In this document: positions 51,038 to 63,600 of the stretch, piece after piece | Position numbering within the stretch: the stretch's first letter is position 1 | How the letters are laid out: each line of letters begins with the position of its first letter | Assembly: GCA_965202585.1 (NCBI GenBank) | Contig: OZ241829.1 | Coordinates: forward strand, 57,784,001 to 57,848,000 | Direction of reading: 5' to 3' | DNA: 64,000 nt | Origin: Thalia democratica | Taxonomy: Eukaryota | Notes under the pieces: model-generated | Told to the model about the DNA's origin: nothing | What the model saw: only the letters and a program-made list of their open reading frames with translations | The model's database searches: none | Position numbers and translations under genes: made by a program

Positions 51038-51560
51038 ATAGTTTATTGAATGACAAAAAAAAGACGCTCAAAATATCTGGTCCTAGGACTTGGTGCACAA
51101 AAAACCTTTTGGTTATCGAGTCGCACACCACAGATACCTTTTAACGTCTTGTCCAGGACTGTTATATGTTCACTTAATTTGGTATATAATTAGCGAACTT
51201 TACCGCAAGATCAACAACAACAGCATCCGAGACAACTACAACCGGTTTTGTCCTAATTAGGACTCACCAGGCAGGCATAGTCGCATGAAACCGCTGTTGT
51301 GATCTAACTAAGCGGGATTAAATACAAAGTACTGAAGCGACCGTTTGTGGGTAAAGTTGAAAATATTGACACAGTTAAAATTAAATTTTTTAGCTGTGAC
51401 TTTTAATTTTGTAAAATTACAAATTCTTAATGCTAAAAACTGTTACTTTTTTTTTTGAAACTGCATAAGACGTTTAAAGGTACTCCTGGTGTTTGACTCG
51501 ATAACCGAAAGATTCACCAGGTTCTAGGACCAAATATTTTGAGCGTTTTTTTTTCGTTAA
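51038..51560. mobile_element. Inverted pair of ~110-bp arms enclosing a hammerhead-bearing segment
   Basis: Arm 51038-51161 is the reverse complement of 51462-51560; hammerhead motif at 51234-51276 lies between them. Confidence 0.65.
51234..51276 (-). ncRNA. Degenerate minimal type I hammerhead (palindromic stem III), copy A
   Basis: Minus strand: GCCTGC-CTGGTGA-GTCC-taatta-GGAC-AAA-ACCGGT-T-GTAGTT. Confidence 0.6.
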
Positions 51561-52504
51561 AAATAATAATATAATAAATAAAATTGTAAATGATACAAAA
51601 AAAAATCCATATATAATACATGTTTTGAAATACAATAAATACAGATCTCTACTTATACAATGAAAATCAATTTTTTTTTAAATATCCATTAGATTTGTAC
51701 ACAGTAAACTTGAATAAATATCGTTTCGTAGTCAAATGTTATTTTTGATGGAACGCGTTATATTTGCAGTAACGTAAATTTCTTTTTTATTTTGTAGAGT
51801 GCATATCAAATCAAGTTTTAAATTACTTATCTTTCTTTTTTTTCTTTGAATTTGTACTTGTCATGTTTCAGTAACGTAAAGTTTATAAGACACTGTATTT
51901 AACAATGATTTTTAAGATTGAAGCAATAAACTAACCTACTGGGTATGATACTAAATCAAACTGTTTTTCAACCTAAAATTAAAAGTTTAATTTTTTTTAA
52001 GTAAATAGATAAATGATTCTTTTTTGAGCTGTAATTGTAAATATCTATTAAACTCTAATAAAGACTTAAAACATATTGTTTCACTAATTTATTTTTTACT
52101 TATTCTGAAGTAATTCTAAAGCATAATAATACTTTTTTCAGTTTTTCAGTCATGGTATACCGAAAACTAAAAATTATTAAACTAATATAGTTTTGAAACG
52201 GTAAAACAGAAATTAAACTATTTTGCTTAAATTAAATTTTATTAATGCACTAGCACTATTAACTATGTTGGTTTTATAATATCAATTTAAAAAAGTTTTG
52301 GTATATACCCTTTATTTAGTCTAACTTATTTTAGTTAAAAATCAAATAATAAACTTAATGTAGCTTTTAATATGTCCTCAAATAAAAATAAATACATTAA
52401 ATACTTTAAACATTGTTGCTGTTTGAAATTTTAAAATCTTACAAACCAAAAAAATACTTTTTAGTCAAACAAAAAGTAGAATTTTAAGTAAATAACTTCA
52501 TTAA

Positions 52505-52547
52505 GCCTGCCTGAAGACTCCTAATAAGGACGAACCCGGTCATAGGT
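52505..52547 (+). ncRNA. Degenerate minimal type I hammerhead, copy B
   Basis: GCCTGC-CTGAAGA-CTCC-taataa-GGAC-GAA-CCCGGT-C-ATAGGT; homology with copy A continues 3' (TGTCTCGGATGCTGTTG). Confidence 0.6.
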
Positions 52548-53312
52548 TGTCTCGGATGCTGTTGCTGGTGGTCATAGAGTGAAGTTAATTGTTTATTATT
52601 GCAATTTAAAGAGTAATTGATGTAACCTAATTATACTAGAAAACTTGAAAAATTAATACTAATAACAGTTTAGCTCTTTTTGCTTACCAAAACTAATACT
52701 AAAAATTATTAGTTTTAGCATTACTTGGAAATTATTAACTCTACTTTAAAAATCTTCATTTTTCGACTTTAATTTACCTTTTTTAAGGAAAGACAAGTTT
52801 CATAAGAAGGGAATGGCTCAATTCACTAAACAGCAAGTATGTTTTAGGACTGAAAAACCCATAGTAACATATAGATAGAGTTAAAATAAAATTTTCAAGC
52901 AAATTATGAAAAAAAACATTTTTTTGTTTGTAATAGATTTCATGGAATAATAAACTTTGAAAAGACATGAGAATGTGTTTTATTTTAAGCATTTTACAGC
53001 TAACAACGACAATAGAAGGCAAGTTTAACAAGATTAAAAATAATTTCAACACAAATATAAACAGTACAGAAAACTTTTTTTTTTAATTAAAACTTTTAAA
53101 GGTGGTGTTAACTATAAAATCAATAACTATGCTGAATTTTTTTTTGATTTGGAAAAAATTTAACTGTTACAAAAATATTAAGTTAAAACTGCGTTAAAAT
53201 TCTAAAGCATGCTTAAAAATATGTTCTGTGTATTATTTGTAGTGGAATGTTATTTCAATATAAAATCACAGTTCAACCATTCGGATACCAACCCTACCGT
53301 TAATCATTTAAA

Positions 53313-53438
53313 TTAGCACTTTTCAAACTGAATAACTTCATTTGAGTCGTAGCAACTTACTAGAAATATTTTTTTTCCTATGAATTTCACACCAACAGGA
53401 ATTTTGTCTACTAAAGAAGTGTACCAAACTTGTTCAAC
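53313..53438 (-). CDS. WDR54: WDR54 terminal exon (VEQVWYT...VSCYDSNEVIQFEKC*)
   Basis: tgtAG acceptor, TAA at 53313-53315. Confidence 0.88.
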   Translation of the reverse strand, partial: VEQVWYTSLVDKIPVGVKFIGKKIFLVSCYDSNEVIQFEKC

Positions 53439-56400
53439 CTACAATTAAAAATATATTCTATGTTCAATACTTTTAGACCTATATGAAATAATTACGATAA
53501 TGGGAGTTTTAGAAAAGTTTTTTGTATAAATGCTTTAGTTTTAATTAAAAAAAGTAAAAAACATTTTCGTTGTCAGTATTAACAGAAAGGAAAGATTAAT
53601 AAATAAGCTATAAACTTACTTTTAACTTCGGCTTTTGAGTTATGGTCCACATTCTTATAAAAGAGTCTTCACTTACTGATAAAAACTGTCATAATGAAAA
53701 CAATATAAATAAAATTAAACTACTAATATAATATAACATGTAATAAACCAAACCTTTCAACAAATAAAAATTTTAAAATGTTTAACATAAAACAAACTCT
53801 CAAATGTTTGATCAATTTATGCATAACGACTACATTGATTAATATTTTATCTTTTTCTCATTCTTTACTTACAGTTTAGTTTTTTTATAGAAAACTATTT
53901 GCGTTTTAAAAATGTTCAAAAATATAAGCTATACGTTTGTTAACAAGGATCCTAGCGAAGTGAGTTCGCTGGAATAAATAATAAAAACAAATTTTCACAG
54001 TACTTTTTATTTATTGGCTAACATATATTTCTGTGTGTTAACTAGTAGACACACTTCAACGGAGCTTATTAATACATTCACGTTTTAGACATGTTTTGTT
54101 TTTAAAAATATTGAATAATTTCGAAGTTTAGAAACGTATAAACTATTTAAATTTTTTGAGAACAACACAAAATGCATACTTATCTGTTTTTCTTTTTAAC
54201 ATCATAAACAACTGATTAACAAACATGTGTATGCTTGGTGGTGACATCATAATAGGAGTGCATGGAGTTTATTACACCTGTATGAGCGAGAATGTTAACG
54301 AGAATTACACCATCCATGCTGTTGTATATATTGATATGGCCAGTTAGAAAAGAGGCAATCATGATGTCATTGTTCGTCAAGGTTATATTCGTACACGGAA
54401 TACTAAAATATTACTGATTGAAAAAAATCAACTAGGTTTAGTAAACACTCAATCTAAATTAATAACTTTTCAAAATTTCACACTTAACAGTTTATCAAAT
54501 TCTAGTTGGTTCGATTGAAAAATCTTGTAATTTAGAACTTCTTATTAAGAAAAAAAAACTGGTAGTAAAACTCGGCAAAATAGTTTTTCAAAAAGTATTT
54601 GATAAAATTAAACCCTTCACTTTCAGTTTCAGATATGCGGTCACATTGACCAGATGTATTAAGCATGTAGCAACTAATCATTCCACTGTCGTCCCCGCTG
54701 GCTAGATTCACGTGCTGTTATGACAAACACTATTTGCGTAAATATTGGATTAAATCTTACATCAATAATATACAAATAGTGATTATAAATAGTTAAATAC
54801 ACCTTTTTTTCAAAACGAACAAACGAAAAGCCGTGAAACTAAAATAATTAAAGTTTTAGTAGAAAAATACAAAACATTTTTATGCAGTAAAGTCTTTACT
54901 GAAAATCTGTAAGAATTAGTATTGAAAACCATAAAACGCCAGGGTCGGAAAATAATATATAAGTGAAAATCTTTTTAATAAAAATGAAAAAAAGAAAATA
55001 TTTTTATCAAAACGTTGAAAAAAGTTATATAGACGATAATCTTCTATTTTTAACAAACGGCGTGAAAACACAAAAATCCATAATTTAAGAAAGATTTGTG
55101 GATTATTAGCAAAGTACTTTTTTAACAACTGTTACCACCCTTTTAAAAACGCCAAAATAACACCAGACAATTTGAAAGCTTAAGAAAACTTGTAGCATAT
55201 TAAAAAAAAGTCCCCCAAAAGTTGTACAAGCAGCTGGAAATACCTCCTTTGTCATAACAACAGCTACGCTTAATTACATACTATAACCAGTAAGTATAAA
55301 TACTGCAAGTCCATAATAAATAAGTACTGAAAAGACTCAAAAAGCTACCTAGAGAGTTTAAAATACTGGTGGGCAAAGTGAAAACAATCGGCCCACCAAT
55401 GTTTAAAAAAAATTGAAGTGTAATCCGACCTGCGAAAGGTAAAAGTGCAGCCCGCAAAAATGTAAATCTTGACCGCTAACCTAAATTTTTAAACTTACAC
55501 CAAATATTCTAGGATTTGAAATGAAGAGCAAAAAAATGTCTTAGGTAAAACTAAGGGAAGTTTAAGACTTACACTAGATATAGTAAAAAAAGTCACATAG
55601 AAACAGTATTTTCTCAAAATGAATTGGTCAATTGAGTAATTTTCGTGAACTAAATTAAAATGAAATGCATCGGTCCGTAAATGACTAAACTTTTCCACAT
55701 CTGGCATGCCGACTAAAAACGTTGCCCAGCCCTAGTTAAGAAGCATATAAAAATTATTTTACAGAAAAAAAAACTATATTTTAAGAGCTGTAAATGTAAA
55801 AACCTATACCCATCTTTTTCCATATATTAAGTTATCTTAGTTATTAAAGCTTTAAATGAATTTTAACAACCCTTTTCAAACTTTGATGAAACTATGGTTA
55901 ACTACGTAGTTAAACTATGCGAATTAGCTCTAAGTAACAATTTTATAGTATTTAAGAAAAGTACTACGAACAAAAGCTTTGAGGAATTATCAAAGGAGAC
56001 AAAAAGTTTGTTCCAACAGAAAATATTTCTTAACATTAAATTATTATAAGATTTACTAAGCTAAATAAAATATGGTTAGACGGTTTATAGATGTCACAAT
56101 CATCATATCAGAAAATGGGATAGTATCTAAAGAATTAATTGAAAATCTTAAAAGTACTTTTAAGAAACACAACGTAAGTTTAACATTTTTTTGTAGACGT
56201 TGAACATGTCTTGACAAAAGAAAACAAAAAAGGTTTTTGCTACACTAGAAACTTTACCAAAATAAAAAAACTAAAAATACACTAAATAATTGAATCTGTT
56301 AAATATTTTCAAAGCCATAATTACAGGAGAAGAAAATATAATGAGATGGTAAAAATAATGAAAATTATGAAGAAAGCTTGAGTTAACTTAAGACCAAATG

Positions 56401-59400
56401 TATTAAATCCAGTTTCAACTTTAAGTTAACAGAAGACTAATTTTTGAAAACTCCAAATAAAATAGACTTAGAGATTAAATCTAGTAAAAAAAAAGTAAAA
56501 ACATTCACTGTTCAAGAAAACTTTAAAATTCACAAAAGAAGAAGCAAAGGTAAAATTCCCATTAAGTAAAACTCATCTTTAAATTTAAGACAGTTTGTGA
56601 GCGATATAAGTCAAGGTGTACACTATGCAGAAACCATGGTCGACATGGTTACTTAAAATTTGACTTAACGGTAAGAAAATTAAGTTAAAATATATCATAT
56701 ATTATAAAATATTTTGATTTTAAGTAGCATTTTACACAAGTAATAGTAATTATAAGGGAGAGAAAAAAACCCTTTCAGTACATCGAAATAAATTGTCAGC
56801 ACATCGAATTAAATTGAAAAAAATTAAGTTAAAATATAACATAAAATACTTTTTAGAAGAGCCTGTATCAAAGAGAAATTAATAAACTAACACCAGGATA
56901 GTCTATACAACTTAAACATTAGTGATGCGTATAGGTTTGCTTTCTTAAAAGAGCCAAATTTTTAAAGTCTTGACTATAGAGGATATTTTGGGTTAATAAT
57001 TTAAATCAGATACAAACTAAGCTAAAACACCATACAGTGATTTGAGTTGAAAGTTTAAAATGTCAAAGTAAATTTTAGTAATATAGTGCCTTCTGGTTAT
57101 TTATTTTTTATTTATACTTTATATGAAGTAATATTTGAAGTAGTTTGTTGTTTTTATTTGGAATAAAACTTTAAACTTTATAGAGTGTATCAAAGTTTGT
57201 TTTAAATCTATTTATTAGTATAAATCATTGTTTATTTAAAGGATTTTTACTTTTATTACAAATAGTCATTTAAAATGCATTGTTATAAAATTTTACTAAG
57301 CCACTTTTCATTGATATGAAACGACAAAAACTTAAAAAACATTTTTTGTTTAATATATTTAATAGTAGGGGCTGGGAGTACTTGGGTGATGTTTGCTGGA
57401 CGTATAAGTCCACATGATTTGGATGTGTTTTTGCTTCATGAAAAAGAATCTGAAAAAAAAAACTTGCCGCCCAAAAAACTTAACTAAAAAAAAAAGTTCA
57501 CATACTTTTCGATTTTTTGACTTAAGACTTATATTTTATGTCTTTAAAGAAAGCTTATACTTATTGACATATATTTAAAGATATATTAACTGCTTTTGAT
57601 GTTTTATGACGTCATAATAACACTAAATGTGCAAAATTTGTCTGTAAAGTGTAGGGCAGGGAGTACAGCACATTTTTTTGGTCATATTGTAAAATTCAAA
57701 CAAGTACATACGATTCGGATGTGTTTTTGCTTAGTTTAATCTAAAAAAATTATAATTTTGCAAAAAAAAAATTTGCTGCCTAAAAAACTGATCTGAACCC
57801 CAAAAATCACATATTTTTTGATTTTTCAACTTAAAAAGTAAAAAAATTACTTATGCATGTCCTAGACTTATAATTTATATCCTAAATGAAAGCTTATAAT
57901 TATAGTCATAAATTAAAGACATATGAACTGCTTTTGTTGTATTATGACGTCATTATTACACTAAATATGCAAATTTTGTCTGTAAAATTGTACCTTTTTT
58001 TCTAATATAAAATGCAAATTCTACTGCTGTTTTACTTTTAGTTAATGTGTCAAGTCAGCTAGGCAGAAAGATATTACTGATGTAATGTCATTTCAATTGC
58101 ATGCAATAAAATACATTTTAAATCACTTTCCGTTATTAGAAATTAAAATTATTGAGAGCATTTTATATAAGTAAATACATTAACAATTAACTGCTATGAG
58201 TTTAAAACTATAAAATATTTGATAAAAAGCTTTGAAATTACAAAATTAAAACATTTAAACAAATTAACAAATTAAGTTTAATCTATTTAGATGTACAATA
58301 CTTTAAATAAAATTTAACTAATAGTAAGTTGAAAACAATAACATACTTAAGCTAAAAAAAAATTAATACAGATAAACATTTATTGTTTAATTAAATAAAA
58401 ATTCTTAAATTTAAAGAATAAAATTACACTAATTTTAATAAACTTACATGCACTTTCTATGATATATAAGTCAAGATCTTTTACTTTTAGACAGGTGCTC
58501 TCAATAATCATAATTTGAAATATCGGAATGTGATTTAAAATGTATTTTATATTTATATCAACATTTTTTACAGATATAACAATTTTTTTAGATTAAACTA
58601 AGCAAAAACACATCCGAATCGTATGTACTTATTTGAATTTTACAATATGACCAAAAAAATGTGCTGTACTCCCTGCCCTACACTTTACAGACAAACTTTG
58701 CACATTTAGGGTTATTATGACGTCATAAAACATCAAAAGCAGTTAATATGTCTTTAAGTATATGTCAATAAGTATAAGCTTTCATTTAAAATATAAATTC
58801 TAATTCTAGGACATGTATAAGTGATTTTATTACTGTTTAAGTCAAAAAATCGAAAAGTTGTGATTTTTGGGGGAAACTAGATTTTGGGCGGCATTTTTTT
58901 TTTTTTCAGATTCTTCTTAATGAAGCAAAAACACATCCAAACCATATGGACTTGAATGAATATTACAATACAACCAAAAAAATTTGCTGAACTCCCTACC
59001 CCTATTAATAGTTTGGTTTTATAAGCTATTATAAGCATTTTCTACAACCTATAAGAAATCTTAATTTTATAACATGAAAAAAAATCCAAAAAACCTCAGT
59101 ACCAAGGTGAAAAGCAACAGTAGTTATTGCAGTTTTATGATGAGTAAGTGTCCTATAAAGTTGGAAGGTATTTTTGTTGCAGGTAAACAGCAAAAGTCTG
59201 CCATCTGAGCAACCTATGCACAAAAATCTTCCGTCTACACTGACAATTCCTCTATATAAATAGAAAAAATGCTTATTATTTTTCTTAATTTGCTTTATAT
59301 TGTTGTGATTATAAAAGTACTTAAAAACTTACAAAAGTCAGAGTATAAATTTAAGTGTTTGTATTGAAAAAGTTGCTTATATAAACAAATATCAAATTTC

Positions 59401-60950
59401 AAAATAAAATAAACAGAGAATGCTGCTTAAAAACATAGAAAATTTGACTAATTTAACCTGCAAAAAATATTGTAGTCAATAGTTCTTTTGTTTGGTTGGA
59501 TACTATGCCAGAACAACAAGTCTTCTCCAACGGAATCATATATCTTAACGGAGTGTACATTTTAATTTTAAAATGAAAATAAAAGCTAAATTTTATAATA
59601 TTTTGAAAACTATTTAGATTTTAAGTATGTTATTTAAGTAACCTTTAATAATTTATTAAACAAAAAATAAATTAAAATATCGATATTTAAAATAAAATAG
59701 TTATATCAAACACTTTATCAAACCTTTTACTTCATTTTAAAATAAAATACTTATTTTAAGTGAATTTTCACAAATTTTAATAACATAGAGAAACTTAAAT
59801 AAAAATGAAAATAAAACTTACATATGATTTAAATATACAAAATTTAAAACTCAAACTATGGTCAACTAAAAAAAGATAAATAATATCAACTACTTACCAA
59901 GACACCTTCATAATTAGCCACAACAAAAACATCCAGTTTGTTTATTCTACACCATTTTGCTTCAAAAACTTGTGATTTAATATCTTCAGGTTTCTCTGAA
60001 ATTACCTATTATAATAAACTTAATTAGCTCAACTCAAAACTTTAGTTATATGAACTAATTAAGAAAAGTTCAAAAATTATAAAAATTGAAGTACTATTAA
60101 AATTTTGTTTATAACTTGTTGGGGGTGTTGAAGTTAGTTTATAAAAATTACAAACTGTTAGTTTAATAAAATAGTAATTTTTTAACCAAAACAACACATT
60201 AAAAGCATATGCAATACTATACTAAAATTCACATTAAAATATATTTCAAACTCAAACTGTATTTTAGGTTAAACTTGTATCTTTAATTTTTACATTATTT
60301 TCAAACTATAACTTAACTAATAATTTAAACCAGAATATTGCTTTTGTTCTTTTTTATCTAATCTTTATAAACAAAAACTGTAAGGAAGCTATACTCCTTA
60401 TATAAATAATAGATTTGTACCGTACATCCTTTTTTTTTTACAATGTTACACTAACTTATTACAATTTAAGTTACAGAAACTAAAATAAGTTTATTTTTCT
60501 AAAACTTTTTCTTTGTAAAAATTTTTGTAAAGTGGTAGACATTTTATATAAACTGTATTAATTTGTTTTAAAAATATGATATACTTTTTTGAATTCATTT
60601 TACTAAAAACAACTTTCTAATAATATTAATTAGTAAAATGTTTATGTACATATAAAGTACTTAATGTTATGTTTGCAACATTCTAAATATTTCTGTTCAA
60701 TTAACTAGATTAATGTTCCCCTATTTTAAAAAAAACACTGTTGAGTTATAAAGTCTTTTTATGGATTGCATAAAATAACTCTTTCACATATAAAAATACT
60801 AAAAAAATATATGTATACATAATTTTATAAAGAACCAAATTAAACATACTGCAACCTTTGTTAAAGACTTTGGACAGTCTTTTAAGGAATCCATAAACAA
60901 AATTTGATTTTTGTTAATACACGCAATAGACATGTTTCTTATGGAACCAT
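53313..60950 (-). CDS. WDR54: WD repeat protein 54 homologue, 8 exons found, 5'-partial (gene span)
   Basis: Phase-consistent exons total 917 nt. Peptides align in order with recalled WDR54 motifs: QVFEAKWC, LFWHSI, FCRGIV...LCIGCSDGRL, HKTAIT, LASGDDSG, GIPCT...AHT, LSVSEDSFIRMW, VSCYDSNEV. Confidence 0.88.
53620..53685 (-). CDS. WDR54: WDR54 exon (FLSVSEDSFIRMWTITQKPKLK)
   Basis: gacAG acceptor, GTAAGT donor, 66 nt. Confidence 0.88.
54225..54402 (-). CDS. WDR54: WDR54 exon (IPCTNITL...TGHINIY...LAHTGVINSM...)
   Basis: tttAG phase-2 acceptor, GTTTGT donor, 178 nt. Confidence 0.87.
54614..54714 (-). CDS. WDR54: WDR54 exon (HVNLASGDDSGMISCY...SETESEG)
   Basis: aacAG acceptor, GTTTAA donor, 101 nt. 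Confidence 0.85.
55364..55734. mobile_element. Probable decayed hAT MITE
   Basis: Right end GTTGCCCAGCCCTA is a typical hAT TIR; left end TACTGGTGGGCAAAG is degenerate; flanks GTTTAAAA / GTTAAGAA match at 6/8 positions. Confidence 0.4.
57366..59004. mobile_element. Foldback DNA transposon with ~390-bp TIRs built from tandem ~290-bp units, 7-bp TSD TTAATAG
   Basis: TAGGGG...CCCCTA ends; about 57510-57750 is nearly identical to the reverse complement of about 58590-58850; TTAATAG at 57359-57365 and 59005-59011. Confidence 0.88.
59095..59251 (-). CDS. WDR54: WDR54 exon (GIVSVDGRFLCIGCSDGR...HHKTAITTVAFHLGTE)
   Basis: tatAG phase-2 acceptor, GTTTTT donor, 157 nt. Confidence 0.88.
59458..59543 (-). 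CDS. WDR54: WDR54 exon (IYDSVGEDLLFWHSI...NIFCR)
   Basis: ttaAG acceptor, GTTAAA donor, 86 nt. Confidence 0.85.
59898..60005 (-). CDS. WDR54: WDR54 exon (VISEKPEDIKSQVFEAKWCR...NYEGVL)
   Basis: aatAG acceptor, GTAAGT donor, 108 nt. Confidence 0.88.
60856..60950 (-). CDS. WDR54: Probable WDR54 exon (GSIRNMSIACINKNQILF...SLTK)
   Basis: ctttAG phase-1 acceptor, AAG|GTTGCA phase-0 donor fits the next exon; sequence similarity is weak. Confidence 0.65.
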
Positions 60951-61065
60951 CTAAAAGAAATTAACAGTTAACTTAATTCTAAATATCTCCATCAGAACTA
61001 TTTGTTTAAAAATTTATTCAATGTGAACCTCAAATTGCACAAATAAATGTTTTATTGTTTATTTA

Positions 61066-62100
61066 AAGAATAACGTTGTTAAGTCTTTTCACACAAACAC
61101 AAGTGCAACCATCCAGTATGATGGTAGTGTTTTAGATTCATTTGAAATAAAAAGTAGGGTAAAGCAAGGCTGCTTACTTGAACCAACTCTGTTTGCAATC
61201 TTCTTTTTAATGCTATTAAAGCATGCTTTTGGTTCCTCAACAACTGGTATTAAGCTCCATACAAGAAATGATGGACGTTTTTTCAATCTTGCAAGTCTAA
61301 AAGCAAATCAAAATCTGAAGATTGTCATAATGCGTGATCTTCTCTTTTCTGATGATGCTGCACTTGTGGCTCACTCTGCCCAAGAATACAGACACTACTG
61401 AAAAAGTTTTCATTGGCATGCAATAAATAGTCGCATTGGTAAGGCCTCAGGCACTTTCGCTTGTTTGACTGCAAGAGCTTGGGATAACCAAAAGTTAAGC
61501 ATTCACACAAAGGCTAACGTTTATTTTTTCTATATATGCAGTACTCTGCTATACATTAGTGAAACATGGACGTTGTCTAGCGTGCAGGAGAAGAAAATAA
61601 ATATATTTCACCTACAATGCCTTTGTTGCATCCTTACAATTGCATGGCAACAAAAGATCACCACAAGGAAGTGTTGAGACGTACTAGTCTTACCACCACG
61701 TACTTTACTCTCAGTCAGTGCAGGCTTTGCTGTCTTGGTCATGTTCTGAGGATGGGTTCTGAGCAAATCCCTAAGTCTCTGTTGTATGGCAACTTAGTCG
61801 TTGGCAAACGCAACCTGGGTTGTCCAAAATTGTGTTTTAAGGACGTATGCAAGCGCGACTAAAAAGCTTGAATATGAGATCTGAAGAGTTAGAGTTTCTT
61901 GCAAATAACCGCGCTAAATGGAAATCTATTGTAGATGAAAGACTGAAAGAAAAGAAAAAAGAATACTTTAAGAAACCAAAGAAGATGAAGAAATTAAAAG
62001 CAGAATGAATTAAGTTTATTATTATTTTTATTTATTTGTATTTTTATTTATTATCTGTTTGTTTTATTTTTTGCATCACTGTGCTTTTTAATTTATTGTT
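61066..62100 (+). mobile_element. 5'-truncated, internally deleted RTE-clade LINE (RT and C-terminal region), frameshifted
   Basis: RVKQGCLLEPTLF...LLKHAFG...DGRFFNL...RDLLFSDDAALVAHS; TLLYISETWT; GHVLRM...IPKSLLYG...KR..G.PKL.FKDVCKRD. Confidence 0.88.
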
Positions 62101-63600
62101 ATCATCTATTCTCTATCCTCTATGCACAATTACGCATAGCCAATGGCTGATAGCGGACCTTTTATCATTATTTTAGAAACTTAGATCCAAAACTTTACGA
62201 ATAGTTTTAAAAACAAGAGCTCTTATACTTACTTTTTATGCAAAATCTTTTATAGGGGTCAACTTTGCTTGTTGCAAGTTGAAAATGTTTTGTTGATGCT
62301 TATTTAAATTATAAAACTGTATTCTAACTTAATCAATTTTAACGTAGCATTTGATATTAAAGATATTAAAATGAGTGAGTTCGAAAGGTTTGATATGTAA
62401 GGTGCAAAATAAACAAGAAAAAAAGATTATTTAAATAAAACTTTATCTCCTTTTAAAAGTATTTAAACAATCTTCCTTGAACTACTATTACAGCCATCTG
62501 AACTAAAAAAGTTTTATTATGGAGAAAATAATTCTTGTAAAAAATCTACGTTTTAGTAAATTTGATAAATTATGTTTTAGATACTAAATATTTTGGTAAT
62601 TTAAAGTACTAGAATTTATTATATAAATAAAATTTATATAAAAAAAAAAAACATAAACAGTTTAAATAACTTTAAAAACGTAGAGGAACATACATTATTA
62701 GCTTTTTTTGTCTCAAAAAGTTTGCGATTAAAGAAAACAGTTAAATGAAATTTAATCTTAGATATCATGAGTGTCTGGCAACCCTGTAGTTATTCTAATT
62801 AATCTATAGCAATAAAAATATTAATAAAATAAAAATAGTGTAGAGTCAAGCAGCTCATAGAATTTTATTTAATTTTTATTATTTTCTCTAGAAATAGATA
62901 ATGTTTTTTTTAAAGTTAACAAATTAAAGTAAGAGTAATTGTTCATGTACAGTACAATCTTCAGTAGTTGAATCCAGTGGTGAACATAGAAGATCCAGTG
63001 ATTAATGTGTAAGATTCAATGGTACATGTGGAAAATCTAAAAGTTAATGTGGAAAATCTGAAAAAAAAACAGTAGAGCAGAAGTAACTGTCAATCAGACA
63101 CTAAGATTAAATGTCAATGCATCAGGATTCTTTGAAAATGACAAGTTTTTTAAGAAATGCATCAGCTGAGAAATAGTTCCTAAGGCAATTGTTAAACAGC
63201 CCCAGCTAAAATCATATATGGGTGTCAGCTGGGAAATAATTTTATATTTCTAAACAAGCTTGATAAGTTTTACAACCCAAAAATTTGACCTATGTGGATG
63301 TCCATATATGATTTCATGAAAGTTCAATGAGGGCACTTGATACAAAACTTGCAAAAAATTGAGAAATTTTCAACCAGAGATTTAGGGAGTTGTTGCCTTT
63401 TATGTTAGTAATAAACACCAAATGGAGATTCATAGTAGCACTCATCTAAACATGAGACAAGATTGGAGTGAAATTGGAAGTGCTACCACATAATCAGTTT
63501 ATAGTAAGGATCAATGGTTTACAGAAACTATTTTGAAGAAACAGGAAATTCCTAAGCTTAGACAATCCTTTGTCAACCAGTATTGATTTGAAAGTAGCTA

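Noticed and set aside
53952-53972. GC hairpin AGCGAA-GTGAG-TTCGCT as a Helitron end or terminator
   Set aside because: No CTRR terminus at the expected distance on either strand; an isolated intronic hairpin.
52783-55707. Hydrophobic short ORFs 52783-53052, 54916-55128 and 55495-55707
   Set aside because: F/L/I/K-rich translations of AT-rich intron, UTR or MITE sequence with no motifs or splice support.
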